Positions 27,055-43,165 of a stretch of 64,000 bases of DNA are shown here, piece after piece; position 1 is the stretch's first letter; every line of letters begins with the position of its first letter. The notes below the pieces were generated by a model. The model was not told where the DNA came from. It made no database searches and saw only the letters and a list, made by a program, of their open reading frames with translations. Origin of the DNA: Reclinomonas americana ATCC 50394 (taxonomy: Eukaryota); assembly GCA_048213135.1 (NCBI GenBank), contig PS015173.1, positions 1 through 64,000 on the forward strand, written 5' to 3'. The position numbers were made by a program, and so were the translations under genes.

Positions 27055-30000
27055 GGCGGCGGTGCTCTACGNNNNNNNNNNNNNNNNNNNNNNNNNNNNN
27101 NNNNNNNNNNNNNNNNNNNNNNNNNNNNNNNNNNNNNNNNNNNNNNNNNNNNNNNNNNNNNNNNNNNNNNNNNNNNNNNNNNNNNNNNNNNNNNNNNNNN
27201 NNNNNNNNNNNNNNNNNNNNNNNNNNNNNNNNNNNNNNNNNNNNNNNNNNNNNNNNNNNNNNNNNNNNNNNNNNNNNNNNNNNNNNNNNNNNNNNNNNNN
27301 NNNNNNNNNNNNNNNNNNNNNNNNNNNNNNNNNNNNNNNNNNNNNNNNNNNNNNNNNNNNNNNNNNNNNNNNNNNNNNNNNNNNNNNNNNNNNNNNNNNN
27401 NNNNNNNNNNNNNNNNNNNNNNNNNNNNNNNNNNNNNNNNNNNNNNNNNNNNNNNNNNNNNNNNNNNNNNNNNNNNNNNNNNNNNNNNNNNNNNNNNNNN
27501 NNNNNNNNNNNNNNNNNNNNNNNNNNNNNNNNNNNNNNNNNNNNNNNNNNNNNNNNNNNNNNNNNNNNNNNNNNNNNNNNNNNNNNNNNNNNNNNNNNNN
27601 NNNNNNNNNNNNNNNNNNNNNNNNNNNNNNNNNNNNNNNNNNNNNNNNNNNNNNNNNNNNNNNNNNNNNNNNNNNNNNNNNNNNNNNNNNNNNNNNNNNN
27701 NNNNNNNNNNNNNNNNNNNNNNNNNNNNNNNNNNNNNNNNNNNNNNNNNNNNNNNNNNNNNNNNNNNNNNNNNNNNNNNNNNNNNNNNNNNNNNNNNNNN
27801 NNNNNNNNNNNNNNNNNNNNNNNNNNNNNNNNNNNNNNNNNNNNNNNNNNNNNNNNNNNNNNNNNNNNNNNNNNNNNNNNNNNNNNNNNNNNNNNNNNNN
27901 NNNNNNNNNNNNNNNNNNNNNNNNNNNNNNNNNNNNNNNNNNNNNNNNNNNNNNNNNNNNNNNNNNNNNNNNNNNNNNNNNNNNNNNNNNNNNNNNNNNN
28001 NAGGAGGATCCCTCGTACCGACATCGTGTACTCTACACCGGCAAGGGACCACCAGTGTTGCTCGACAAGGCAGCACTGCAGCGTATTGCAGCCGAAGTGG
28101 CAGCGGCGGAGGCGGCGGCGGCGGCGGCAGCAGCAGCAGCAGCGGAGGCCGAGGCGGCCAAGGCCGCAGCCAAGAAAAAGTCCAGCAGCAAGAAGCCCGC
28201 AGAGGCGAAGAAACCCAGCAGCGAGACGAGTTGAGTGACTGTCTTGTTCTATCCTGCCAGTCAGCGTGTATGGTCATTGTGGAACTGATTGTGGGCCGCA
28301 GAAGCCAAGGACAAGTCTGCGCCTGGCGCCACCAAGGACAAGACGCCCACTTCGGCCAAGAACAAGGACAAGGTGCGTCGCGCACGTACTCGCTCTTTCC
28401 TCGTCTGATCTTGTGTTGACGTCGTGTCGTTGCAGCCGGCGTCGGCGGGTGACAGCGGTGTGGCGTCTCCGCAGCAGGCCTTGTCGCCCTCGCAGTTGGT
28501 GCCTGGCTTCCCCTTCGACCCCAATGCGCAGAGTCCGNNNNNNNNNNNNNNNNNNNNNNNNNNNNNNNNNNNNNNNNNNNNNNNNNNNNNNNNNNNNNNN
28601 NNNNNNNNNNNNNNNNNNNNNNNNNNNNNNNNNNNNNNNNNNNNNNNNNNNNNNNNNNNNNNNNNNNNNNNNNNNNNNNNNNNNNNNNNNNNNNNNNNNN
28701 NNNNNNNNNNNNTCGGATGGTTCTAAGAATGAGCGACCTCGTCGCTTGTCGAAGAAGGCTGCCGACGCACTGGCGGCGGCTGCAGCAGCTGTGGAGCTGA
28801 GGAGAGCTGCTGCGATGAAGAAGAGTGGGGTGAAGTCGTCGACTGCCGCAGCCGAGTCAGGAGACAGCGACGGCGCCGAGGTCATGGAGATTGACGAGGA
28901 CGCGGCAGAGGAGGCCGCTGCCTCTGGCGAGGAGAGCGCCGCCGCCGCCGCCGCCGCCGCTGCACCTCCGTCGAAGAAGCAGAAGAGCAAGGCCGCTGCC
29001 GCACCCGCCACTGCGGCCAACAGCACCACAACCACCACCACCACTTCTACTATCGCAACCACCGCCTCCTCATCATCGGCGAAGAAAAAGGACGACAAGA
29101 CCGCCAAGCCTGTCAAGAAGGCGACAACGACGAACACCACCGCAACACCGGCGGCTGCCACATCCCACAAGAAGAAGAAGGCACCCGCAGCAGCCACAGC
29201 AACAACAGCCGCCTCAGCCGGCGAGACTCCGGGGGAGGGGGAGGAAGGCGGTGTCGCAGTGGCCGAGGAGAGTAGTGGTGGTCCGGCGACAGCGGCGAGT
29301 GAGGAGCAGTCGATGTTGGTGGAACCTCCGCCGCCTGCGCCAGTGGTGATTCCGTACGCAGACGCCGACATGTTTGAAGACGATGACATGGCGGCAGTGA
29401 GTGGCGGCACCTATGGCGCGGATGGTGAGAATGGCGATTATCCGGGAGAGCGCGATGCTGGTGCGTACGGAGCGGAGGATGACTTCGACTATTACGACAG
29501 CGACGGCGAGTTTGTGGGTGATGGACGACCGCCGAAGAAGCGAATGCGACCCGGGTCGCCGTCGACCGGTGGCCCATTCGCCCACAAAGATCGTTCGTTG
29601 CCGAATCCACGCCGGTACCCGCTGGACGAACAGACGTTCTTGGCTCGTCTGTTCCGCTCGCTGGAGGGCACACCGAGTGCCATTACGCGTCCGCCGCGGA
29701 TGGGCTACAAGGATCTCGACATCCACACTCTGTACTACGAGATCATGGCCAATGGTGGATACAGGGAGTCGTGCAAGCGTGACGGAGTGTGGGTGATCAC
29801 GTGGCGAAAGATGCGCAACTACCGGCCGTCCATCACCAATGCCTCAGTTCGCCTCAAGGGCTACTACGAAAAGTACTTGATGCAACTGGAGGCCGAGGAT
29901 CTGGGCAGGATTCACGTGGTACCGTCCACGTCGTCGTTTTCGTCGACGGGTGGCGCGAGCAGCGCTCCTGCACGTTGCGTTTTTTTATGTATCGCCTCGT

Positions 30001-32314
30001 CTTTTGTATTGTCTCCCCATTGTCTCACACACTCGCAGAGGTGACAGGTGCAGGCAAGCGTCGCCGGGAGGACGACGACGAAGCGGGAGGCTTCTCTGGA
30101 GGCGACTCTGACAGTGAACGTGCACTGCCGCCAGTACCCGCACCGGTGCCTTCGTCTGCTGTGGTGTCGGCCGCAGAGTTGGAGAGACAGAAAAAGGAGG
30201 AGGCTCGTGCCAAGAAGCGACGAGAGCGCATCAAGCGGGAGTTGGTGGAGGGTGCGTGCTACAAGAGTGACGTTTGTGTGCGTGTGCGTGTTTTCTTTTG
30301 TCAGAAAGTCACTCTGTTGCGTGCAGATGAGCCATTGCGGCTTGAATGGGTGCCGTATCGTGTGGTACGGTGTCGAATCTTCAAGCATCACTTGGACGAC
30401 TTGTCGCAGGCGTACTTCCCAAGCGAGAAAGTGTGGGACATGAATTCGTTGTCGCGCTTGGAGGATTTGTTTAGGTGTGTCGCGGGATCAGAATTTGTAA
30501 TGGTATTATTTGTGTGCAGCGTTCCTCACCCACTTGCCTTCCATTTACACGTGTCAGTTTTGCGGACGATCGCTTGTCACTCCGAGTGCGCGATCCGCAG
30601 TTTAATAGTGGTTTGTCTCTCTTGTCGCTGCTGCCTGCTGCGTACCGCTGTGTTCACGCATGCTGTGGTGTTGTTCATTAGCGACACTAGAGGGGGAAAA
30701 GGACGAGACGATTGTGGACATTCTCGGCGACGAGCGCGAAATCACGCTTGTGAACGACGGTGCGCCCCATTCGTGAGAAGAAGAATGACAGCAATGTCAA
30801 CAAAGTATATGTATATTGATTGTGAGTTTTTGTGCAGGTCACCGGATACGTGATCAAGCCATGGACATGGCGGTGGACGACGACATGGGTGCCCCTGCAG
30901 CAGCATCATCGCTGTCGTCGCCCGGCTGGAGGCGAACAGGCGAAACGAAACCACTACGCAGTGCCGCCGACGTGCAGCGCGAACTCAATCGCAGAATAGA
31001 GGTGTGAATGTGGTGCCGGATCTTAGTCGCTTGTTTGTTACCCACTCACACATTTTTGGCGTCGGCAGGTTCGCGAGGCACGAATTGTGGTGCACGACTG
31101 CCCTACTGGCCGCCAGTTCTTCCGCTCTATACTTCCGTTCTCGGGCTCGCGGTTGTATCAGTTTGGTGCGGCCGTGTGCGTGGAGACCACGCGCGAGGTG
31201 TTGCGCGGGTCGAGTCGCGAACCGGCCAGCGATGTTGGTCAGTGAGCTTGTTTTCGAGAGTGGGTATCGTGGTGAAGTGACTCTCATTTGCGTGGAACAG
31301 TGGAGGTTGGCGACTTGTGCGCCATGGTGCACACGCCGGCGGTGGTGCTGGCGCTTGGCCCCACACCGCTGTCACGGTCTGGTGAACCGCGTCTGCCCGA
31401 ACACTCGATTGTGTTTGGCTGCGTCTTCCCCGACGACTTGCATCTCTTCCGCGACCTCACCGATGCCGACCAGCTGATTGTTGCGTGCGACGACTCGCCG
31501 TGCATGCCGTCGCTGCCAGTGCTGACAGTTGCCTTTCTTTTCAGTTCGAGGAGGCGCCTGACTTGCCACAACCACCTGCCAAGGCAACGCGACCGGGAGT
31601 TGGTGCGGCTGCTGCAGGTGCGGGGCAATCCTCTGCACTCGCTTCCTCCTCCTCCGCCACCGGTGCAACTGCAGCAACACCCGCCGCTTCGACCGCGGCA
31701 TCGACAGCGGCGACGACCACGACCACCACGACGACAACTGCCACGGCTGCCAACGCCGCAGGCGGTGTGGCGGAGGGCGCGGCGAGTTCTGCCGGTGTAC
31801 TCGGCGATCCCAGTCGCAGCACGTGGCCGAATCGGTTCCCTGTGCGCAAACCTGTGGCGCCTCCCACTCCCGCCGCTGCTCCCGGGTCTTCTGCGGCTGC
31901 TGCGGCTGCGGCGGCCTCGCAACCGACCACCGAACGATGGTGTGAGTTGTACATTCGGTACCGCACGGGAGCTGAGAGGGAAGAGGAGTCACGAGTGCTA
32001 CGGCGTCGCATCGAGTTCGGCTCGGTAGAGAAGCCGGCACTCGGGGCCGAGGCCATTCGTATCCTGCTGGCCGAAGATGGTGTGCCAATTGACTCGATTG
32101 TTTCTGTGCGTTTCTTCCATTACGACGTGACTGGGTGAGTCTCTCTGTGTGTGTTTGTGCAATATGGGGGCGGAAGCATTGTTGTATTGACACTCGTGCG
32201 TTTCTGTAGCGACTTGGACGCCAGTGGATGGGCGCTCATGGACGATCGGTTCCGCCTCGATCTGCAGCCTGGTACCAAGACGCAGTTGCGCCTGCGGCTG
32301 GAGATGATTTCATG
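26393..32314 (+). CDS. ARID/BRIGHT-domain protein with long K/A/S- and acidic low-complexity regions; the exon in 26393-26980 sits on an inverted contig
   Basis: ARID at about 29630-29900: EQTFLARLF...RPPRMGYKDLDIHTLYYEIMANGGYRESCKRDGVWVITW...ASVRLKGYYEKYLMQLE. The true start codon is not located and the 3' end is approximate. Confidence 0.75.
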
Positions 32315-32401
32315 ACCGCGCTAGTTTACTTTTTACACCACCACATTTCGTGGCTGCACACAATACAATACCACTCGTCGCACCACCACGAACATCACCA
32401 G

Positions 32402-33035
32402 TCAATCCACCACCGTCTTGACGTAGGCGATGCGCAGCTTGCCGTCGGCCAATCGGCGAAACCTATACGTGTTGACCCCATGCTTGCGTATCTCACAACA
32501 GCAGCAGCAAAAGAGAAACCACTTGACACGAGCAGAGTACTGCCATTGCACCTCGGCCTCGAGCACCTCCACCCCACCACTGCCGTCGTCAGCAGTGATC
32601 GACGACTTGAAGTGATAACTGTCGATATCCACGTTCGCTCCGACTCGGCTATATCGCAGACACGATCGCATGAACGAGAAGGAACGCTCAACGTGCGCCA
32701 CATACGCCTCAATGCCATGCCGCGTGGCCGAAGGATCTGCACTCAGACAGAGAGAATGATTCTCCGCTCGCAACGCTCACATGCAAGAGTGCGAGACGCA
32801 ACAGTCGGCCACCACATCGTCAGTCATGATGGCGCGCAGGGCATCCGAGTCTAACACACGCAGCGCAGAGTGAGAGACAAAGAGAGAGGCAACGATCGGA
32901 ACAACTCACCACCGGGTGAACAATTGGCCTCTGCAACAACGCAGCATAAGCATCCTCAACAAACAAGAGAGAGGATCGACGCACGCAACGAAAGTAAGCC
33001 TCAATGAGCGCCCTTGCCTCTTCGTGTTCAGTCAT
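32402..33035 (-). CDS. SnoaL/NTF2-like fold protein (4 exons)
   Basis: MTEHEEARALIEAYF|QANCSPG|DSDALRAIMTDDVVAD|YPSATRHGIEAYV...GVNTYRFRRLADGKLRIAYVKT matches the pattern of SnoaL-like domains. Confidence 0.65.
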
Positions 33036-33106
33036 CGGCGGGCGTCCAATTGGTTTTCACACTCCACTCAATCAGAAGAAGACACGTTGCGCGCGCGTGC
33101 AGAGAG

Positions 33107-36100
33107 ATGTCTCTTGCCTCGCACATGCAGACGCACCTGCGCGAGTGGTCGCGTCAGTTGCGTGCCAGTGGGCACGGGGTGACTGCTGCGGCAGTGGGCG
33201 CGGGTGCCAGTGCACTGGTCGGTGCCTGGCTCTGGCATCGTCATCGCACGCAGCAGCTGGCGCGACAGCAGCGCGGAGAGCAGCTCAGTGTGGTGGCGAA
33301 CAAGCACGACCAGCAGCAGCAGCATGCATCGTCGAGGTGAGACGCAGGTGAAAAATGAGAATGAACAGGGAATGTATGACTGACTCGTGTGCGTGTGTGT
33401 GTGTGTGTGTGCTCGCTAGTGGTCGGCGACTGGAGAACGCGCGGTTCTATGCACAGCTGCGGCGACTGTTGAAGATTGTGCTGCCGGGGTGGCGATCGAA
33501 AGAGGCGCTTTTGCTCGGATTGCACACGGGGTTCCTTGTCACGCGCACCTTCCTGTCGATCATCAAGGCCAAGCTTGATGGTGTGAGTGTGTGTGTGTTG
33601 GGTGCTCGGGCGGCGACTGCTGCATTTGGGTTGCCACTCACCGTTCAAATACCTGCTTCATTCGGGCGGGTCGCAGGTGTGCTGGTGAAGACCGTGGTCG
33701 GTGCTGAGCCGCGCGAGTTTGTCAAGTTCCTCCTGCTGTGGTGTGCACTCGGCATTCCGGCCTCCTTCACCAATGCCATGATTGTGTTCCTGGAGAAGAA
33801 GGCGCGCACACCGCTGCGACAACGAATGGTTTCCTTTTGTCAATGCTGATGGTTTCGTTTTTTGTTGTTGTTGTTGCAGGTGGCGCTGGCCTTCCGCACG
33901 CGTCTCATGAACCACGCCAGCGATCTGTACATGAAGGACGAGGCGTACTATCGCACCGTCAACCTCGACGCACGCATCTCCAATCCCGACCAGCTCATTT
34001 GCGAGGTTCGTTTGTAGCGGAGATGTATTGTGTGTGTGTGTGGCACAAAAAGATTCTAAATCTCCTGTCTCCTCCATGCAGGATGTGAACCGATGGTGCC
34101 TGCAGCTGGCGCATCTGCACTCGCAGCTGTCCAAGCCGATTCTCGATGTCATTCTCATGACCGCGCAGCTGGTCTACATGGGCAAGGAGGGTGCGTGGGT
34201 GAAGCTAGAAAATGGATGAGTGTCGTTCGGTATGTTCGCTCACATGCATTGTGTATGCGTGCAGCCGCCGGCTACCGGCAAGTGGCCTTGACGTCGTCGA
34301 TTGCGGCGTTTGTAGTGGCTCTTACGGCCCGCATTCTGAAGTGGGCGCGCCCGCCGTTTGGTCGCTTGGTCGCCGAGCAAGCAAGGGTGAGTGAGCGCAT
34401 GCATCTTGCTCACGTGTCGCTGCTCATCTCACTCTTCTCCGCGGCAGCTTGAGGGCGACTTGCGCTACCGACACAGTCGCCTGATCACCAACGCCGAGGA
34501 GATCTCGTTCTACGGTGGCGCCACGGTGGAGAAGGGATTCTTGAATCGCGCCTACATGGCACTGGTGCGTCAGGTCAACCTGATTTACCGCAAGCGCGCC
34601 GCGTACTCTACCGTCGAGGATCTGTGCATGAAGTACTTGTGGAGCGCCAGTGGCTTCACTATCATGGCGCTGCCGGCATTTATGGCGCGCGCCGACTCAC
34701 GTGTCGCGCAGTCGGGCACCGCTGGTTTGCTGATCACGTCTTCTCCCGCTGTGTTCTTTCCATGCCCCACTCACGTGTCCACACAGGCCGCACGGAGATC
34801 TTCATCACTGCGCGTTCGCTGCTCATCAGCTCCTCCGATGCCATTGAGCGCATCCTGTCGGCGCTCAAGGAGGTGTCGGAGCTCGCCGGCTACACCGATC
34901 GCGTCTCGGAGATGCTCACTGTGTTCGAGGACGTGGCCAAGGGTCGCTACGAGAAGGCGCAATTGCGTGGCACCGACATGTCCGAGTTCCCCAAGCCGGA
35001 GGTTGTCGACGGACAGGACTATATTCAGTTGGATCGCGTTGCGTCTGCTCGCCCCTCTCTTTCTGTTTTCTCCTGCCTGCTCACTCGACGGACCAGGTGC
35101 CGATTGTGTCGCCGAACGGAGACGTGCTGGTCAAGTCCATGTCGTTCACCATGCGCCGCGGCATGCACCTGCTCATCACCGGGCCGAACGGGTGCGGCAA
35201 GAGCTCCATGTTCCGCATCATCGGAGGCTTGTGGCCTGTGCTGGGCGGCCGTCTGGTGAAGCCGGCGCGCCAGGACGTGTTTTACGTACCGCAGCGACCG
35301 TACCTGAGGTGTGTGCACCGTCAAGCACCAGAGTATACATGCAGCTGTCATCCTAATCCTTTGCTGTTTGTAGTCTGGGCAACCTGCGCGATCAAGTCAT
35401 CTACCCCGATTCAATGGAGGTCATGAAGGCCAAGGGCTTCACGGACGCCGACTTGATGCGCATTCTGGACACGGTGAGTGGGGAGAGAGAGAGAGAAAAG
35501 TCGATGTTTCGTGAAGGAACTGCGTGGCTAATGTGGCGGTGTTCATGTGCAGGTCAACCTGCAGTACATTGTGGAGCGCGAGGGTGGCTGGGACGCGAAC
35601 AATAACTGGCAGGACGTGTTCTCGGGTGGCGAGAAGCAACGCATGGGTATGGCGCGCCTGTTCTACCACCATCCGTTGCGTTACTCGACAAGCCTGAGGA
35701 GTAGATTTTTCTTCCCGTCACTCATCACCCACTCTCCCAACAGCAAATTCGCGATTCTTGACGAGTGCACGAGTGCCGTGTCGATGGATGTGGAGGGCAA
35801 GATCTACGATGTACGTGGTGGTGGTGGTGATTGTTGGCAACAATGCTTCACCACGCTCACTCACTATACGTGTGTGATGCAGGCCGCCAAGGATCTCGGC
35901 ATCACTCTGATGAGTGTGAGCCACCGCCCGAGTCTGTGGCGCTACCACAACTGGATTCTGCAGTTTGACGGCGACGGCGGCTGGACGTTCTCGCCCCTGA
36001 ATGCCGAAGAGCGCATGGGTCTGAAGGACGAGAAGGTGAAGCTGGAGGCGCAGTTGCAGGGCATTCCGAAGAGCGTCAAGCGACTGGAGCACATTTGCCA

Positions 36101-36179
36101 CGAGCTGGGCGAGGATAGTGTGGTTCTTCGCGATGTGCAGCATCTGGCCGACGGTACAGGCGAGGAGAGCAGCAAGTGA
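33107..36179 (+). CDS. ABCD1: Peroxisomal ABC half-transporter, ABCD1/ABCD2-like
   Basis: [16 protein letters not shown] (EAA motif); [22 protein letters not shown]; Walker [10 protein letters not shown]; signature [19 protein letters not shown]; Walker [16 protein letters not shown]. Confidence 0.93.
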
Positions 36180-36307
36180 TTCGTGCCGTCGAAACTGTTT
36201 GTTTCTATTCATTGATAGTAAAAGTTGCATTAAAGAGATAGAAAAAATGTATCAAAGAGAGGAGGGGCCGTCAAAACTTGCTGCCGCATCACCACCACAG
36301 TCGCGAC

Positions 36308-37793
36308 TCATCGGACAGTAGACTGTGAAGCCGATCGAAATATAGGTCGACCGCCACCAGCCTCGAGATCGCGCACTCCCGCATCGTCAGTCTCGGCAGG
36401 TCGCTGGCGGTTGACGGACTCCGTTTCGCTTTCGCGCGGCGTACGACTCAGCGGCTCCTCCGAGTTGGTGCTGAGCGGTCCGGGGTAGAAGCTGCAGTAG
36501 GCCGCCACCTGCACCGACACCGCTCAGTGATTGCAGTGGAGATGAAGCGACAAAGGAGGAAGATGAAGGGACGCAACTCCACTGCCAATACCAATCAGTG
36601 AGCCGGCAATGACATCGTCCTGCACAACAACAACAGCGATGAGTGCAACGACGATTACCAACATGCACAGGCAGCACGAATGTACGCAACCGGGTGATGA
36701 AAGTAATTGGCGATGCGACTAAACGACACCACCATGGCATACACCAGCGGCGTGCACGTCAGCGCCACCGTCCACAACCGCCGGCGATGCGGCTGCAGCG
36801 ACTTGGTCTTGCCGGCCAAGTACAAAAAGAGGCACACCATGGTGGCCCACGAGACCGACGAGTGACCCGAGGGAAAACTGAGGTGCGCCTCGCGACACGA
36901 GTCGCCACCGAGCTTGGCGCAGTAGGCGTTGTAGTTGGGTCGCAGACGGCCGACAATGACCTTGGTCACCGAGGTCACTGCGCCAGCCAGCACCAGCGCA
37001 GTCACGTGCGCCAACACCGCATGCACCGAGTCGATGACACGGCGTCCACGCGACACCACGAATATTTGCATGGCCACCACGAGGANNNNNNNNNNNNNNN
37101 NNNNNNNNNNNNNNNNNNNNNNNNNNNNNNNNNNNNNNNNNNNNNNNNNNNNNNNNNNNNNNNNNNNNNNNNNNNNNNNNNNNNNNNNNNNNNNNNNNNN
37201 NNNNNNNNNNNNNNNNNNNNNNNNNNNNNNNNNNNNNNNNNNNNNNNNNNNNNNNNNNNNNNNNNNNNNNNNNNNNNNNNNNNNNNNNNNNNNNNNNNNN
37301 NNNNNNNNNNNNNNNNNNNNNNNNNNNNNNNNNNNNNNNNNNNNNNNNNNNNNNNNNNNNNNNNNNNNNNNNNNNNNNNNNNNNNNNNNNNNNNNNNNNN
37401 NNNNNNNNNNNNNNNNNNNNNNNNNNNNNNNNNNNNNNNNNNNNNNNNNNNNNNNNNNNNNNNNNNNNNNNNNNNNNNNNNNNNNNNNNNNNNNNNNNNN
37501 NNNNNNNNNNNNNNNNNNNNNNNNNNNNNNNNNNNNNNNNNNNNNNNNNNNNNNNNNNNNNNNNNNNNNNNNNNNNNNNNNNNNNNNNNNNNNNNNNNNN
37601 NNNNNNNNNNNNNGCACACAAGTAAGAGAGAGAGAGAGGCAAATGTAATGCAAGTGCGCGTGTTCCGTTTCTTGTTGCACACACACCAAGAACGCGCGCC
37701 CACGGCCACCTCTGTGACAAGAAACGCAATGGCAAGCGCGACTAATGTCACTGCATCGCCGGCATAGGCCCGCAAATGCACTCGCCAACTCAT
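36308..37793 (-). CDS. PAP2-type lipid phosphate phosphatase
   Basis: KVIVGRLRPNY (C1), SFPSGHSS (C2), SRIANYFHHP|DDVIAG (C3). Part of the gene lies in the gap. Confidence 0.9.
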
Positions 37794-37991
37794 GAGAGAC
37801 AGACTGAGAAGAGGAGCGGAATTTTCCTCGCCTTTTGTTGACTCGTTCTTCTCACACAACAAACGCACACGCACACACACACACTTGCACTCTCGTTGCC
37901 TCTGCGTGTGTGTCTGCGCGCGCGTGTCTCTCTCTTGTGAAAGTCGACTCCGACTGTCCGACTACAATCAAACACACACACACTCTCTCTC

Positions 37992-41887
<3,896 letters not shown>

Positions 41888-42008
41888 CGTTCTGCTTCTC
41901 CGCCCCCGCATGCACGCCACCTACCACGTGGTGGTGGTGGTCGAGTAAAATGTTGACACACTGTGTGAAACATGCATTATGTGCACAACCTATTCCGAAG
42001 CGCGAGCC

Positions 42009-43103
42009 TCATCGCCGCGAACGACGACTTGACTGTGTTCGCTGTTGTTGTTGTTGCTGCTGTTGCAGTTGTTGCTGCTGCCGTCCCTCGTACACACCGG
42101 CATAGTAGCCCGAGTAATAGTACGAGAGGAGCAGATTGTGCAGATCGGCGTCGGTGCCCGGCAACGGTGGCGGCGGCATGGGCGACGCCGCAGCAGCCGC
42201 AGCAGTCGCAGTCGCAGCAGCGGCACGAGTCGGCGGCGGAGCGATGCGATATCCGTCCTGGTAATAGACCGGCGTTGGCGCCACCTCCTCCTCCTCCTCC
42301 TCCTCTCCCTCCTCGTCGTCTTCTTCCTCCCCATCGTCGTCTTCCTCCTCGTCATCGTACTCATCCGCCGCCGGCGCCGATGCTTCTCCCACCCCGCCAC
42401 CGTACGACCACGCAGCGTACGGCTGCATTTGCTGCTGCTGTTGCTGCTGTTGCTGGTAGTACGCAGCCCACGCAGCAGCCGTCGGATCCGAGCTCCTGCG
42501 CCACCGCCAGCCACATGTGAGTCCAACGAAGGATAAGAGGCCAGCAATACAAACGCAACGCATAGTACGCGGCCGTGTACGGATCATACTGCTGTTGCTG
42601 TTGCCCGTACCCATACTGCGCATAGTACGCTGCAGTAGCAGCAGCAGCAGTGCTGTCCACTGCATCCTCGGAAGCAGTCTTCGCCTTTGACTTCTTACTC
42701 TTCTTCGCCTTGTCCTTCTTTTTCCTCTTCTCTGCTCCCTCGCCCTCCTCCTCGCCCTCCTTCTTGCTGGACTTGTGCTTGCCATGCTTGTCCTTCTTCT
42801 CCTTGCGCTCCTTCTTTGACTTCTTCTTCTTGTGCTTCTTCTCGTCGTCGTCCTCCTCCTCCTCTTCACTGCGCGGTGGCACACGATGCCGCGCACTGTA
42901 CTCACTCTGCGCCTGCTCCCACGCACGCAGCAGTGCCGAGTCGTCCCACAAATCGCTGTTCTGCTGCGTGGACACTCACAATAAGACCCTTGTGTGTGTG
43001 AGAGAAAGAGAGAGAGAGTGTGAGCGAGCGTGTAGGACGCAACGCGCAGCTCGGCAATGGTGTACGTCACACCAGGCTCCACGTGTGTCACCGGCGTCGC
43101 CAT
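42009..43103 (-). CDS. SMN1: Survival motor neuron (SMN) homologue without a recognisable Tudor domain
   Basis: Gemin2-binding motif NSDLWDDSALLRAWEQA; poly-Pro then the YG box DLHNLLLSYYYSGYYAGVYEG. Confidence 0.85.
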   Translation of the reverse strand: MATPVTHVEPGVTYTIAELRVASYTLAHTLSLFLSHTQGSYCECPRSRTAICGTTRHCCVRGSRRRVSTVRGIVCHRAVKRRRRTTTRRSTRRRSQRRSARRRRTSMASTSPARRRARRRAREQRRGKRRTRRRRVRSQRRRLLPRMQWTALLLLLLQRTMRSMGTGNSNSSMIRTRPRTMRCVCIAGLLSFVGLTCGWRWRRSSDPTAAAWAAYYQQQQQQQQQMQPYAAWSYGGGVGEASAPAADEYDDEEEDDDGEEEDDEEGEEEEEEEVAPTPVYYQDGYRIAPPPTRAAAATATAAAAAASPMPPPPLPGTDADLHNLLLSYYYSGYYAGVYEGRQQQQLQQQQQQQQRTQSSRRSRR

Positions 43104-43165
43104 TGGAGAGACAGAGAGACAGACTGGACACGTGCAGGACACAGCGCAAAACCGTTCGTTTGTCA

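Noticed and set aside
26321-27071. Independent minus-strand gene convergent with SERBP1
   Set aside because: The flipped contig joins in frame to 28002, so it is more simply an exon of the ARID gene.
34701-34786. GC-AG intron starting at 34716 in ABCD
   Set aside because: A GT donor in the same phase exists at 34701, so the GC call cannot be supported from sequence alone.
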